This document shows positions 11,844 through 28,400 of a DNA stretch of 64,000 nucleotides, in pieces; position 1 is the stretch's first letter; the number at the start of each line of letters is the position of its first letter. Under the pieces are notes generated by a model. That model ran no database searches. It had not been told where the DNA came from and saw only the letters and a list, made by a program, of their open reading frames with translations. The translations under genes were made by a program, and so were the position numbers. The stretch lies in assembly GCF_009914755.1 (NCBI RefSeq), contig NC_060929.1; one strand, given 5' to 3'. The DNA comes from the human T2T-CHM13v2.0 reference genome, Homo sapiens.

Positions 11844-13759
11844 TTCATCACTCTAGGCATTTGGCTGTCTTGCTTATGCAATTCCTCCATTGTGTCTAAA
11901 TACAAATTATATTTATTTCCAAAAACATACTGATGGACAAGGAAACCATCTTATTACTTGTTGATCATCAACTCATATTAGTTCCTGGGATTTAGACAAA
12001 TATGTATTTCCTCTTGGGTTCTGAACAGGTTCAAGGCCAGGCTCCAAGTACCACTTTTGTTCTGCCTAGTTTCCTTCTCCATATTCTCCTACTGTTTTCT
12101 ATCTTTCCCCTCCTCTCTTTCATTCCAGATCCTGTGTCCTGATGCTATCTTGGTAGCATTGTGGGAAATATAATCCATGATTATCTTTCGGAGCAACCTC
12201 TCAAAATATTTTCTTGCTAATATGAACAAATTTTAGTATATGATTATTCTAAACAACAGCGGCAATGAAAAAGTTTTCAACCACGGGTGAGAAGAGTAAA
12301 AACACAGTAGGTGATGGGCACAGAAAGCTCTGTCCTACTTATCCAATATAATGAAAAAATCCTGAAAATTTGAATTCTACATATAGCCTACATATAGACT
12401 CATCTCTTTTATATATAACCATACATTCATGATCACTAACAACATTGCAATTTCTATCATCATGAATGGAGTACATTAGTTGTAAAGTAAAACTATGACC
12501 AGAAAAGTTTCCTTTCAGACTTGAAATAGCATTCTTTCACTGCACATTTATTCAGCCTAGTAAGCCTTAGAAATAAGGTCTGCTTATTTCACAGAAGAAA
12601 AACAATTGCACCATTATCATCAATGCTGAGCCGTGAACTTCCAGAAAGCAAGTTGGATTTTACTCTACCTAATGCAGTGTCAAAATGCTGCCAGTAACAT
12701 CCTGATCTCAGGATTTTTATTGCTGGTGATGATGTATAAAGTGGAAAGCACATAGCTTGGTTTTCAAATAAGTGGTTAAGCTTGCATACTGCCTGCATTA
12801 TCAAAAAAACTTGGTAACAACTGAGTGAGTGTGACAGCAAAGTCACTGATGGGAAAGAAAACTGGAGCACTAAGATGTGTCAGCTTTATAGAGTCACATC
12901 TTTGGAAATACTGTACCTTGCTTCTTAAAGAGATGTTACACAGGATTTTTTTTAGGAAGGTACTATTACTTTTAAATAAAATGTAGTATTCTAAAAATTG
13001 CTTCCAGTGGAAAGTATTTGATATGTTCAAACACGTAACAAGTGACCAAAGAGTATAAATCTCCATGGCAGTAAAACATAATTAGGCTCCAATCATAACT
13101 ATTTTTTTAGTAATAAGCCACAGAAGATGGAGAAATAGAAAAATTAGAAAAACTATGCTTATCTCAAAATAATTTTGTAGGAAATAATTTTCTAAGTAAC
13201 ATGTACTTGAATTTATATATATAATAAATTATATAATAAGCAAAATGTTATGTTCTGAACCTTTTAAAGCCTCATTGTCACTTCCTGGAGTAATAGAACA
13301 ACCAGCCATAAGCAAAGTAGGCTAGAAAAATGTAGGTGAATCTAGTCATTGTTTGATTTTTTACAGACTCCCTTAAGAATAACAATTTATGTTGGATTGT
13401 TGTCTGTTGCGTATTTATGTGTGTGTGTATGTGTATAAATATATATCTATATATATACAGCTTATCGATAACATATATGTACAGCTTATATAATATAAAT
13501 ACACACAAATATATCTGTATGTAGCTTATATAATCCTGATTATACAGCTTGTATGATATAATTCTGCTTTATTATTATAATGTTTATTATAATATTAACT
13601 CTTTTAGCCTGTTCTACATTAAAAATATCGCTCTACATATTTTAAGGAACGTACTTATATCTCCTCTTACATATTATATTTACTTTTTTCCCTGTAGGAA
13701 ATTGCTGCACAATGATTACACATCATCAGGTACAAATCAAGACAGCAAAGGCAATAGTA

Positions 13760-14085
13760 ACCCTCTTTAACTATTTTTTGCTAGTTTATCCTGAAGTCTC
13801 ATGTCATACATCTCTCTTGGGTTGGCTTTCTCTCCCGTTGGTACCCAGGCTGATGATGCAGCCCAAGTTTAAGTCATACCGGGTTCGTGGCAGGGCAAGA
13901 GAAGCATGGTGGAACCATCTGATAACTACTAATGGTTCTGCTTGGATAGCTTGCCACATTTCCACTCACAGGTTATTGGCCAAAGCAAGTTGCATGGGCA
14001 AGCATGATGTCTATGAGATCAGCCCAGTGTGAGTCTGGTAGGGAAGCACTTGAATAGTTAGCCAATAATGGACATCACCACAACA
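13760..14085 (-). mobile_element. MLT1K/L-like MaLR LTR fragment
   Basis: CACATTTCCACTCACAGGTTATTGGCCAAAGCAAGTTGCATGGGCAAGC motif. Confidence 0.6.
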
Positions 14086-14199
14086 TTCAACAACAAGTAT
14101 TAAAACAGTACTGCCTTCATCCACTAATCTAACCTTCACTTTAGGACTTTCTTCTCTTACCTCAATACTAAGATTTTTCTTGCTCAGAGAATCTCTAGG

Positions 14200-14689
14200 A
14201 TGGCATATTTAATGGACAATTTTACGTATTGACATTTTTGTTCTCTCAGAAACATTCAAGTTTCCGACTCATTCCTCTCTTTTTCCTTTTGATATCTGAA
14301 ACTCCACACTCTATTGTTATCACTCCTAATTATCTTACTCCATTATTCCCCAATCTCCCTTGCTAGCTCCTTCTCTTTTGTCTTTTGAATGTTAGAATAA
14401 TTCAGGATTCAGTCTTAAAGTCTGTTATTTGTTACTTTATTACTACCTTCTAATTTCCCCCTAGTTGTTCTCCTCTGGACTCATGGATTCATATTCAATA
14501 TATATTCTGGTCATTCTTGAGTGTGTATCTTCAACCTGACCTCTCCTCTGAGTGTTATCCACATGAAAAGATCACAAGTACATGAAATGTAATATCCATA
14601 AATATAAACACATGATGAGTCTCCATCCAAAGTGTGCTTCTTCATATTTCATCATATTATTTGAGGATACCAACATCCCTTCGGAATCA
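14200..14689 (+). mobile_element. L2 fragment, 5' part (interrupted by L1)
   Basis: Pyrimidine-rich L2 phrases (CTCATGGATTCATATT, TATCTTCAACCTGACCTCTCCTCTGAG). Confidence 0.6.
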
Positions 14690-14702
14690 GGAATTTATTT
14701 TT

Positions 14703-17117
<2,415 letters not shown>

Positions 17118-17130
17118 GGAATTTATTTTT

Positions 17131-17660
17131 GAAAAATCCCTTATCCTCATCGTTTACACCAATCAATCATAACATTTTCTTGATTCTACTAGCAATATAT
17201 ATCTGGAACCAATCCACGTTTTTTCATCTCCAATGTAATTACACGAGCTATCATTCTGTCATCCAAACTGTTGCAATGCTTCTGAAATGTCTCCGTAACT
17301 CCACACTTGCCTCCCTCTGGTCTGTTTTTCACAGAACAGTCAGAGTAGTAATTTTAAAATTATTGCAATTCCCTGCTTAAAACCTTTCAAGCGTTGTTTC
17401 TTGAATTTAGAGGAAAATAAAAATGTCTTAATTTGGTCTATATGGCCCTGCCTGATCTGGTGTCTGCCTATTTCTCTTATTAGCTACTGAAAGCCACTCT
17501 TTGAGTTACTTAAGCATTACAAGCTCTTGGAGGATTCAGAGCTATCTTAGAGTCATGCTCATATACTCACTCTTTCTAGAATTCTCTTTAAACCACCTTA
17601 TGTCTAATGTCTACATCCATTTGGTCTTAGAATAATAATTACTTCCTTAAAGAGCCCTTC
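17131..17660 (+). mobile_element. L2 fragment, 3' continuation after the L1
   Basis: TCTGTTTTTCACAGAACAGTCAGAGTAG...AAAACCTTTCAA...GGCCCTGCCTGATCTGG. Confidence 0.7.
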
Positions 17661-18539
17661 TTTAACACTCCGGCCAAAATTTATACTTAATATGTAATTT
17701 ATATTTTTCTTTTTTATAGTACCCTGATTTTGAAAATAATTTTAGGGAGACTACTTCCGTCCTAAGCTGCACACTCATCTTTAAGATAAGAAATCTTTGG
17801 ATCGGGTGAATTGTCATTCCTGCATCCTTTTTTAACCACATTCTGGATGTTTGAGTCCAGATATCCCCTGCCACAGCAGCACTGAACCTGCTTACGGAGG
17901 TGGGGACTGTGAGTGATGTTGACGCTGGAGAGTGGGAAGGTAATGGTGGGAGGCCAGCAACTTCCATCTGTGCTCTTGCCCTGGGTCTTATAGATATGAA
18001 GAGCAGGTTGGTCCATTGTCTCCCTTTTAAAATCAAAGCTTTAATGACCTCAACAAACTATTTAGGTTCTGTCCCTCAGAAAAGAAAAAATCTAATAATG
18101 AAAAGATGAGTACAAATTCAGCCTTTCAGCTTCCAGACCTCTAACATCAACTACACACATCTTTTTCTATGTTATCATTACCTCTTTAGCTCAGGAGATT
18201 TAAAAAAATCATATGTAAAACTTTCTAAATGTTAGATTATTTCTGGTTAATTTTTGTTCATAGTTTTATGGTATTTTTGTCATGAAATGTAGCTCATGTA
18301 ATATTTTCTTACCAGAATTTGTTGAGCTTTCCTTTTTGAAATAATACATACCATTTATATAAATATTCATTGGGTGCTGAAAAATATATTAAATATTCAT
18401 TGATTAAAATTATATTTAATGACTACTTAGATTTTTATATACTACATTTATTAATTTCTGTATCCATTCAATGATTGCAATTGTATATTTTTATGCCACT
18501 TAACATGCTGAAAATGTAACACAGTGGAGTACTGAAAAG

Positions 18540-19130
18540 GATTCAGACACTGCTTTCTTAGTCCCTAGTTTTGAAAAACTCATATTTTAGTGAAGAAAAT
18601 GATAGTTAATTAAACAAATAAATACAATGGGATGACTGCCTTGATAGCTGCTATGGAAGCACATAACAGAAACAAAAGCCCAGGAATGGAGGTCACTGTC
18701 TTTATATCTGGAATAAATGTAAAACTAAGAGTTAGCTACACAAAGACAGGGAGTGTTGCTGGAGCGGAGTCCAGCATATGTGAAGCATGGGAGGCCTATA
18801 AGATGACATATTTTTGCAGAACTGAAAAAGAGTTAGGATGGACAGTAGTGGTAGAAGTTTGTGAAGTGTATAGTAAAGAATACTCTCAGAGAAATAACAT
18901 TATATTGGGTTTACTGAGTACTCTTGAATGAATTTTAAATAGGTTGGTGAGATCATCAAACTTATTTATATAAAAGTAACCTAGGTTGTAAGTCAGAAAC
19001 TAGTTTAGACGAGGCAAAATTAGGAAAAAGCTACAGAAAAAGCATTTGAAAGTCATTATAATAAGGAGAGAGATGAAAGTGGACTGAATGAAGTTATTGA
19101 CAATGGGAATGGACAAAACAGGACCAAATT
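18540..19130 (-). mobile_element. L2 fragment
   Basis: Degraded antisense L2 phrases (CAGCATATGTGAAGCATGGGAGG, GGAGAGAGATGAAAGTGGACTGAA). Confidence 0.55.
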
Positions 19131-21759
19131 GAGTTGGCGACACAAAAGAGAAGTTCATTTAAACTCTGTCTTTTCTAGAATATATGAAACACCACACTGG
19201 GGAGTTTCCTGTTAAAGACATGAGGACAGGGGATCCATTGTAATAATTTGTGTTTTTCTGCAGTTTTCTTAAATAACTGTATTTTCTCATAATTTATAAC
19301 TCTACTATGTGTTGATATCAGATATTACTTTTCACAATAGGTTTCTATTAACTCTCTGAATGACCTCTCCTCTTCAAATTTTGTCATTCTACCTTTAGTT
19401 TCCAACATGCTGCTATTGTATCTGAGGAAGACTTGTTAAACAGCACATACACCAGATTATTTATAAAATAAGACAGTCCTATTCATTAGACTGTAGTCCA
19501 GAAAATGAGGTTAGTCTTTTTTCTTCTATGAATCTTGCCATGTTCTTCAACCTGTTTGCCCATCAGAATCTTGCTTACTGGTCTGTAGCTATACAGATGT
19601 ATTTTGAAAATTTGAGGTTGCCAGAAATATGAGCACTAAGTCAGCTTATTATTATATATTATTTATATGTTTAAATTTATTTTTCATATTATATTAGGAA
19701 AACCCTTGCATTCAATGTATAACTTTATGTTTGGTAGATAGAATTGAAAAAACCTACATTTTTTGACCAAACTGCATATTAATGAAGAGATAAGAGAGGC
19801 ATATATGTTTATTTGAATTAGCTATCCATTAATTGTCTCATCTTTACATGAATTCCAAGAATCAAGCAATAAGACAGTTTTATAAAATTGGACTTTCTAA
19901 TGGTTTTTAAAATGTGAGTATTTTGGTAAGTCTTTAAATTGACTAGCTAGATTGTACTGATTAAAATTGCCATTTCAGTACAATCCTTTTAGGTGATATT
20001 TATAGCTATCATGTAATTCCTATCATAAGATTTACCACCATTGTCATATGTTATCATTCAATTAAAAAGCCATATTATGTAAATACTATCCCTACCTTGT
20101 TATATTTTTAAATTAGAGTATGGAGATTAGTAACATCTCTCTACTATTTATCTATCTATGTCCTCTAGCAACCTTTTTTTAAAACCTTCCTTCCAGGTCT
20201 TGTTTTCCTGCTAAGACTGTTTCTGGTTAGTACAATAAGCAAATCTACTGCAGTAACTTTTTCTGACCCAGGAACTCTGAAGAAATTCATAGAGTTAAAC
20301 AAATTTTTTTCATGACTTGGGATGCTGAGCAACTATGCTTTTCACAGGGCCTGCCACCCGGATTCTCAAAGGATTATGCCTGCAGAGTTATCAATACAGA
20401 TTGTCTTTGAACAGAATTGGCTTGGAGAACAGTTCCAAAGTCTCTGCCTCCTGTTTCCTGGTCATTTGACTGCAGGGCATTTATAACCAACCAATGAATC
20501 AATTAATTAAATGCTTTCCTCTTTTAGGAAAGAATCTTCATGAGTGTCTATTATATTCTCAAACTCTTAGAGAAGACCATAATACAAGGCTTCTGAAATT
20601 CAGGTATATGAGAGTCCAGAGTTCTCTCTGTGTCAGCCACTGTGCTAAGGCCACTTGTAGAGCATGGACACGCAAAACGGCTGATAAACATTTTATCAGT
20701 ATTCTTACCATAAGAAAATCCATTTTATATTTTAATTGTTTATATTCTGAGATTTCTGGAGTAAGTTATCGAAGGGGAAAATGATTTTTTCACAGATGCA
20801 TATTTTCCTTTGCAACAATTATAGTTTTAGTTTATCTTTGTTTTCACCTAATTACTGATAGTTGAAAAATATGTCAATATTTGTTGAATTTTCCAAAATA
20901 CTTTCCTTTTAAAGGGCATAATACACCATTAAAAATGTTTGATAGGAAGGAATATTCAGCTCAATATTAACGATGAATAATTGATAGCACAGAGAGATTA
21001 ATTGCTAATTCGAGGTCACACAGTTGGTCAGTCTTTATTCAGAAAATGAAGTCATTATTTCAAGGCCACAATGATGAGGCTTCATAATTCCCATAATAAT
21101 TCCAACTTAAGTTTTTATATGTTATCTTCATGAGAAAAGGAGCAAATATTTCCTTGTATGTAACTTTCAAAATAATTTATGAGGCTCTATTATCTTTTGT
21201 TCTTTCTAAGTTTATATTTGTCTACTTTTTTACACGTTTAAACATTTTTTTGGGCTCAGCATAAGAAAATACTTTTAGAGATTGAATTATAGAGAAAGTT
21301 GCTAAAAATATTCATACTCTATCATGAGACTTTAACATTGTGGTCAAAAACTTAATCTTAAAATTTCAAGCTTATAACATATATACATATGCAAATAAGT
21401 AGTCAAGAATAGTTTTTTGAAACGTTTCATCTGACTCACAGGGGCTAACTGAGCTATGAAATGTGAAAATCTGCCAAACATGAAACTGAGAAGAAAACTC
21501 AAACATGCCCAGGGCAATAAATAAGATTTATATTTTTTTTGTTTGTTTCTGGTGTGTGTTTGTTTTTATTTCTAGCTGACTAATGTGTATCTTCAGTGAT
21601 GAATAATATGACAAAATAATCTTTACTGAACTCAACAATCTGAATCTTGAGTAAATTAGACATGAAGAAACTTATGAAAATTTTATGTGATGTGCTAATG
21701 GCTTGCTTCTCTTTGGCCCTTTTCTCTGTTTTGTTGTCTAGCAATATTCAAATCCTTGC

Positions 21760-21870
21760 CCATTAGTTATGGAATTTCTAAGGGTAGGTACTTAGTTTTA
21801 ATCTAGTTTTTCAATTCCAGGTTCTAACACAGTGTTTGGCTCAAAATAAATACTCAACAAATTGTACAAT
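21760..21870 (+). mobile_element. L2 3' end
   Basis: CTAACACAGTGTTTGGCTCAAAATAAATACTCAACAAAT. Confidence 0.55.
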
Positions 21871-22353
21871 AATAAAGTAACTTGAAAAGAAAATCACATG
21901 AAAACTTGAATGTTCATAAATCTTAAAGAAAAATCACCTAACTTCAGATCTTTTCCTAAGAATCTTCTTCATTCACTTTACCACTCCTATCCTCATCTTA
22001 ATGGAACAGAAGTGAAAAGGAGGAGGATAAACATTTTAGCTTTTAGCAAGTTAAAGGAATCAAAAAATAAGAATATCTTCATAAAATAGAGGTGACATTT
22101 TTTAAACGGAGCTTGAAAAATGAATAGAATTTTGACAGCACAGATTGTAGTGCTTAGATTGAAAGGAAAAACGAAGACTTAGTAGCATAAGATTGAATGT
22201 GTGAAGCAATGGCAATTGATTTAACTGAAGACCAGGGTAGGTATATGGGAAGACTTGTACAAATTTAGGCCACAACCTTGAAAGCCAGGCAAATAAGTTT
22301 ACCTTAATTGGTTAGAGATAAAAGTCCATTATGTTTTTAAAGGTCATCTTTTT

Positions 22354-22719
<366 letters not shown>

Positions 22720-22835
22720 TAGTATTCTCAACAACAGTAATCCTTTCCCTGTTCACTATTAACCGAGCAGTAAATGATCCTCAGTATTCGATTCTGCCTT
22801 TAGACTCTTCTTCTGTTTAAAAAGCAATATTTTTC

Positions 22836-22945
22836 TGCAGTGCCAGCTACTCAGGAGGCTGAGGTGAGAGGATCACTTGAGCCTAGATGTTCGAGGCTGC
22901 AATGAGCCATGATCATTCAGTGAGACCCTCTCTCTAAAAAAATAA
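22836..22945 (+). mobile_element. AluJ right-arm/FRAM fragment with internal deletion
   Basis: CCAGCTACTCAGGAGGCTGAGGTGAGAGGATCACTTGAGCC...GAGGCTGCAATGAGCCATGATC...GTGAGACCCT. Confidence 0.8.
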
Positions 22946-24911
22946 TTAATTGAATAAACAATGTTTCTGAATATATTATAAAGGAGAAATCATATGTACT
23001 CTTGTTGCCCTCTGATTGAACTATTTGCTTCCTCTCTCTCTGGGTGAATACATGTGCTTTTGTTTCACCACCTGACTTCTTAAAAGTCAGAGCAATTTTC
23101 ATACTTTAAACATTCACATTTAATATAGATAATAAATTAAGAATTTTCTTTACACTTCTCAATATTAAATTTATTTCATCCAGTTATAGAGATTCAGGGA
23201 CCTAGTATACTGAGATAAGAATTGGTTCCAGTAGTTTTATAGACTTAAGATAATTTTTGGTATGTTATTTTTAATTTTATAGGCTCAAAGAAGCCAAGAT
23301 CCATTTCTCTTAGGACTTGGAATAATCCTTTGGGTTGTATTTTTAAAAATCCCTTTCTTATATCTCTCTGCAAGACCACTGTATGAGGAATAAAAGTGTT
23401 GGGTCAATTCCAAACCACTCTAAAGTGGAATTAAACTGAGGCTTCTTTCTCAAGCCAAGGTGAGCCGGAATAAGGTCATTCTTGAAACATATGAGTAAGT
23501 GCCATTGCTCTCAACATTATTCTATAGACCAATTTTTACAACATGGGTAGAGAATTAAAAGAAAAAAAGGTAGTTTTCCAGTCTTATAATCATGTTGTTT
23601 TCATCACTTGTGTATTTGTAGCAGAAATTGAAGATATTACAGAACAAACAATATTCAAACACCCTAAGAACACTGTACAATAACAGCAAGGCTATTTCAA
23701 TTTACTGTTTTGAAATGTTAAGTATCTCACTTTTTTTCTTCTCTTTTTCAGTCTGCATATTCTCCGTACTTGGCTACTTGATGCTGATCCTCTGGTGAGG
23801 TCTACTGCTGACCCAGACAATGCAAGCTCTGGTCTTTACCCTTTGCCCATCAGCCCTTTCCCTCCTCCTCTGACACCAACTTTCATCTTCCCTGCAGCCA
23901 GAGTTTTCCAGGCATGAAAAAGTGACTCTCTTCTCAGATATGACAGGCAGAAAAGCTGCCACTTACACTGAGTGCACTTTGGGTCTTTAGAGGAAAGTAA
24001 GGGGAATTCAAATGAGGGGAACCCTTCATGTAGCTTCGCAGTTAACTAACTTTGATGACTGTTTATCTTTCATCTTCACAGCTGTTTTTTTGAAGCAAAT
24101 ATATTTAAGGAAAATAGTAAACTAGATCCTAAAGTTTAAAATACCTTTCCTTGTTGTATCCTCTGCTTTCTTTTTCCTTGTCTATTAAGTTTAAGACAAA
24201 TTTACAATGAAAATAAAGTGGACCTCTGATGGTACCCTGAAGTCTGAATTTTTTATTATTATTATCTTTTCTTTTTCATTAGGTCTGACTCCTGTGTAAC
24301 TATGCCTGCAGGGAAGGAGATACTACCCAAGCAGGCACTGTTATTATTTGGAGCTATAATATATCCCTTTTATAGGTTGTTTTGCATTTCTTTCCTGGAG
24401 ATAATAGCAGTATAATTTTGAAATATTCTTTAGTAGAAGCTTCTACTATTATACATCATAGAAAAAATTTGACTTGCACTGGTCACTGTAATATATTTGT
24501 CGTTACATATATTCAGCAACTGTTTATAGCAAGTTTGGCTTAGTTGACTGATACATTTCCTTAATTATTTAGATAAGAATAATCATAAGCATTAAATATG
24601 GAAGGAAAGTTGGTTTGAGGCTACCCAGAGGACTGTGAGATTTTGTTGCATTTCGGTCTGACATGTCCTTACATGCTTCAGTATAGAAGAAAGTGTAATA
24701 GAAAAAGTCACTTGATTTTTACTTCCAGGTCTCCCACTATTATTTCCACAGGCAAGAGATTTCATGTCTTCATACTTCAGATGCTTATTTATAAAGTTAA
24801 TGAAGAGCTTGGCTATTTCCAAAGCCTTTCTCAGAAATATATATTTCCTCAAGCATAGGAAACATTTAAGATTTAAATTGTAACAAGTCCTTGCTCAGGA
24901 ATATGAATGGA

Positions 24912-25302
24912 TGTGATGAGGTTCATGACACAGTACCTCAAAATGTGGCACCATGGAATACTGAGTATTTTAACCTAAAGGAATTTTAGAAAACAACAGA
25001 AGCAGGAAGGACACTCTGACATTCCTTCACAATTCTCCTCTGAAGCAGGCCATAAAAGAATTATCTGACATTCCTTTAAAGTCATAGAACCTTCATTTCA
25101 GATGGGTCTCTCTGTACTCAGAAGAAAGGAGTGAAGACACAGAGACAGTAGAATCTGAACAAACAGGCCAAACTTAGTTCTCCAGCTTATTGCCATTAGA
25201 CCATACCCTTTTGTTCTCCAATCACTCTTCTTCATGATCGTCCATAAAAATACACAGTTTTTCCCGTTTCTATGGGTCTTCATTTCTGAAGGGTCCCATG
25301 TC
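24912..25302 (+). mobile_element. LTR37-like ERV1 solo LTR (3' end incomplete)
   Basis: TGTGATGAGGTTCATGACACAGTACCTCAAAATGTGGCACC...GAATCTGAACAAACAGGCC. Confidence 0.7.
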
Positions 25303-25472
25303 TTGACCATAAACTTGTAATGGATGAAGAAAAGATATTACTCTTTTTCCCCTACAATTAAGTGCAAAATACAGGTTAAATAACTTGAGTCATGATTTTA
25401 TATAGCTCTAAAAATTAGAATTCTATGTGGAAAAATAAAATGAATCTGATATAAATGTATGGCTCGTAGCTT

Positions 25473-28400
25473 TGAGACAGTCAGGTGGGAGGGGGACCCT
25501 GGAGAAACTCCAAACATCCTGCCCACTGGGGTGGAGCCACAGATGTTAGTGCCCTTTGCAGCATGGAAGAGCTGGGCTCCTCCTCTTCCTGTGTGGAACC
25601 TGAGATTCGAACACTGGGTGGAAATTGCTCTAGCGGATTGAGTACATTGAGTATCTAAAGTTATCAGAAGCCTGTATTTGAGAGCACCTGAAGAAACCAG
25701 GCACCTGGCTTTTCTAATGCTTCAGAGGGCCCCTGAAGTGTCCAGAAAAGAGAGGAAAACATGATTATTTGTCATGTTTAGGTACATGGGATTGCCAAAA
25801 ATGATGTTCAATCTTCTTTAGGTTATATCTTAGTAAATAGTGCTTATATATGTTCCAGAATTGTATGGGATTTTTAAAATTCCAATGTCTGAATATATGC
25901 TATCAATTATAATTAAGGTTTTTACGTTAATTTATTGTAAACCACAGAGATAAGGAAACTTCTTTGTCAATCCTGTTTCTAACCATAACTGCCCTGGACA
26001 TTTTGTTAAAACAGACAATTGCCTAGTTTTAATCCTTTTCAAAGGTGGCTTATAATGAGCTATAGAACTTTAACAGGTGCTCTCAAATACAGGCTTCTGA
26101 TAACTTTAGATATTGTAACATTGGAAAAAAGGAAAATGGACAGGACTCATAAAGAGCTGCAATACTTATGAATATGAAGCAAAATAAGATTTAACTAAAT
26201 GGACTGAACTCAGAAAGCTGAAGCTCTGAAGCAAATATTTTTGACTTTTGCTTGGAATATTGCTGATCCTTGTTTTGTTTTTCAGTGTCAAGGAAACTTA
26301 TTTTTTAACTATTTACAGCCTTTAATACTTGAGTAAGTTATACTCCTATGAACAAAATTTGGAGCATGTTTGTTTTTCTCTGCTTGGTTCCTCTAGAATT
26401 TGGAAACTACCTGTGAGTATTCTTATGGCAATATAGTTGTTTGCATCAGTGCAATAAGAATCCATTTTGCTTTTGCAACAGATCACAATTGGAGAAAATG
26501 GTTATTTTACAAAGGCTTTTACTGAAAGGGTATGCTTCCCTTTAAGGAGTCAATTTTGACTTGCAGAGTCAATAAAAGCCCAGTGGGGAAACTGGCTTCA
26601 TACTCTTGCCTACACAGTCCCTGTACAGGGTTCCTGTCCTGTGATCAGTAAAGAATGTCACTTCCTAACAGGTCCAGGAGCTCCAAGTTTATCTTTGGAC
26701 CTTAAGAGGAAAGGATCACCCAACTCACAGGAGTTTTTGGATACAAACCCACAGTTGGGCTCAGCTTTAAAAGGTCTACTCTGAGATTCCTTGTGGAACA
26801 CACTTCCATCAAAGCCAATCCAAAAGGCTTACGTAGAAATAATTATTCTTGCTGCACTTTATGCAAATAACCAGGCCAGGTATAAGACTAAAGTCTATTT
26901 TGCAAACCACTCAGTGCTATGATAATTTGTTTCTTAACAAAATGAAGACTGGAGAGAGAGAAATTATGTTCCAAAACTTGTCATGCATTTGTCACTAAAT
27001 TCTAAACTTACTAGTTGTTTTGAAGTTTTTGCCTACATTTTAGACTAACCCTGCCTGTTCCTGTGAACCAATCAGCAATCTCCAGCTGCAGCTCAGAAAG
27101 AACAAAAAGGATTGGTAATGTAGAAATCTGGATCAATATTAATATTCTAGATCTGAGTAATTATCCTGCAAATTCTCCCAGGGATTTGGAATAAATAGGA
27201 GGCCCATCACTCAGAGATTTCCTTTTAGGAAAGTAAGACCAAAGGAGCTAACCAAAGCCAATCACCATGCACCCAAATCCTAGCAAGCATAACTGTAGCT
27301 ACCAGTTACCTGGGTGTGTCACAAGACATCCTTTCCTCTCCCTTGTTGAAGGAAGCCTCAGTTCCACAGTTTCACCTTAGCATTTAGCTTATGATAAGGA
27401 GTTCATGCAGGCCCGTCAGATACATTTTTGTCCCAGACTCAATTCCAAGCTTTGGGTCAAAGCCCTAGGAAAGAAAACTGAATCTAAGGGATCCAGAGGC
27501 AAATGACAACAGACGTTAAAAGGCACAGCATAGGTGAATGTGGCTGATTCCTGCTGATTAACACAACCCCAAGCGTCCTGTTTCATGGATAAAGGCCACG
27601 ATATTATCCATGGCATAAATGAGCTCCAGGGAACTCCAAGTCTACTGACAGTAAATGGAAAGAGACATAGCTGAGAGCAGATAATTCCTATTCTCTAGGC
27701 TCCCCGGTTTTATGGGTGCAAGCTGCTTTGGCGCTCATGTCAGGACCTCCCAAGGTCGTTGGAACTTGGGGATGCAAGGATGGAAGATGGAAAGAGGACA
27801 CTCTTCCCTCTCTTCCTCACATACCCTGGGTATCTGCTAGGAAGAGAAAGAAGCCAGGAATGCATGCTCCCCTCTTTCTAGATGGGTAGCCATTCATCTT
27901 CAGTCTACCCCTTTCGAATGCATACTGAATCCCTGGGACTCCTTTAAAAGACACCTTCTTTTTCCCTTTCTTCTCCTCAGTTCTCTCTTCACTAATAGAT
28001 AATTGTGCCGCCATACTACAAGACACACCCCTTGGATGCATCTTCCAAACTAGAAAGAGTTAATTTCCCAAACCTTAAACTGGCTGGTTTAGGATTGGGC
28101 TCAGGGGAAGGGAACCCAGAAACCTGACATGCCAGCAAAAGGGTAAAGTTTTTTGCCAGTGGAATTTTGGCCTGCCTCTCCCTGTGCAAACTGGTAAAAT
28201 ATTTTAGAATTTTTGAGCTTTCCTTACCCCTCCCCTTGTTTCATTTTGATTCATGTTTGTCCGTTCTTGCCTTCAGGCCATAAAACTCCAAACAGTCATG
28301 GAACCGAGCCTCTGACAATGGCTCCTTCTGCTGGAAATCCTTAAATTGACCTATGAGGGAGCTCTGACTGCCGTTTCCCCAGAACAGCACCCACTATCAG

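Noticed and set aside
17662-18036. 124-aa minus-strand ORF in a GC-richer patch
   Set aside because: No recognisable homology; probably a degraded repeat that I could not name.
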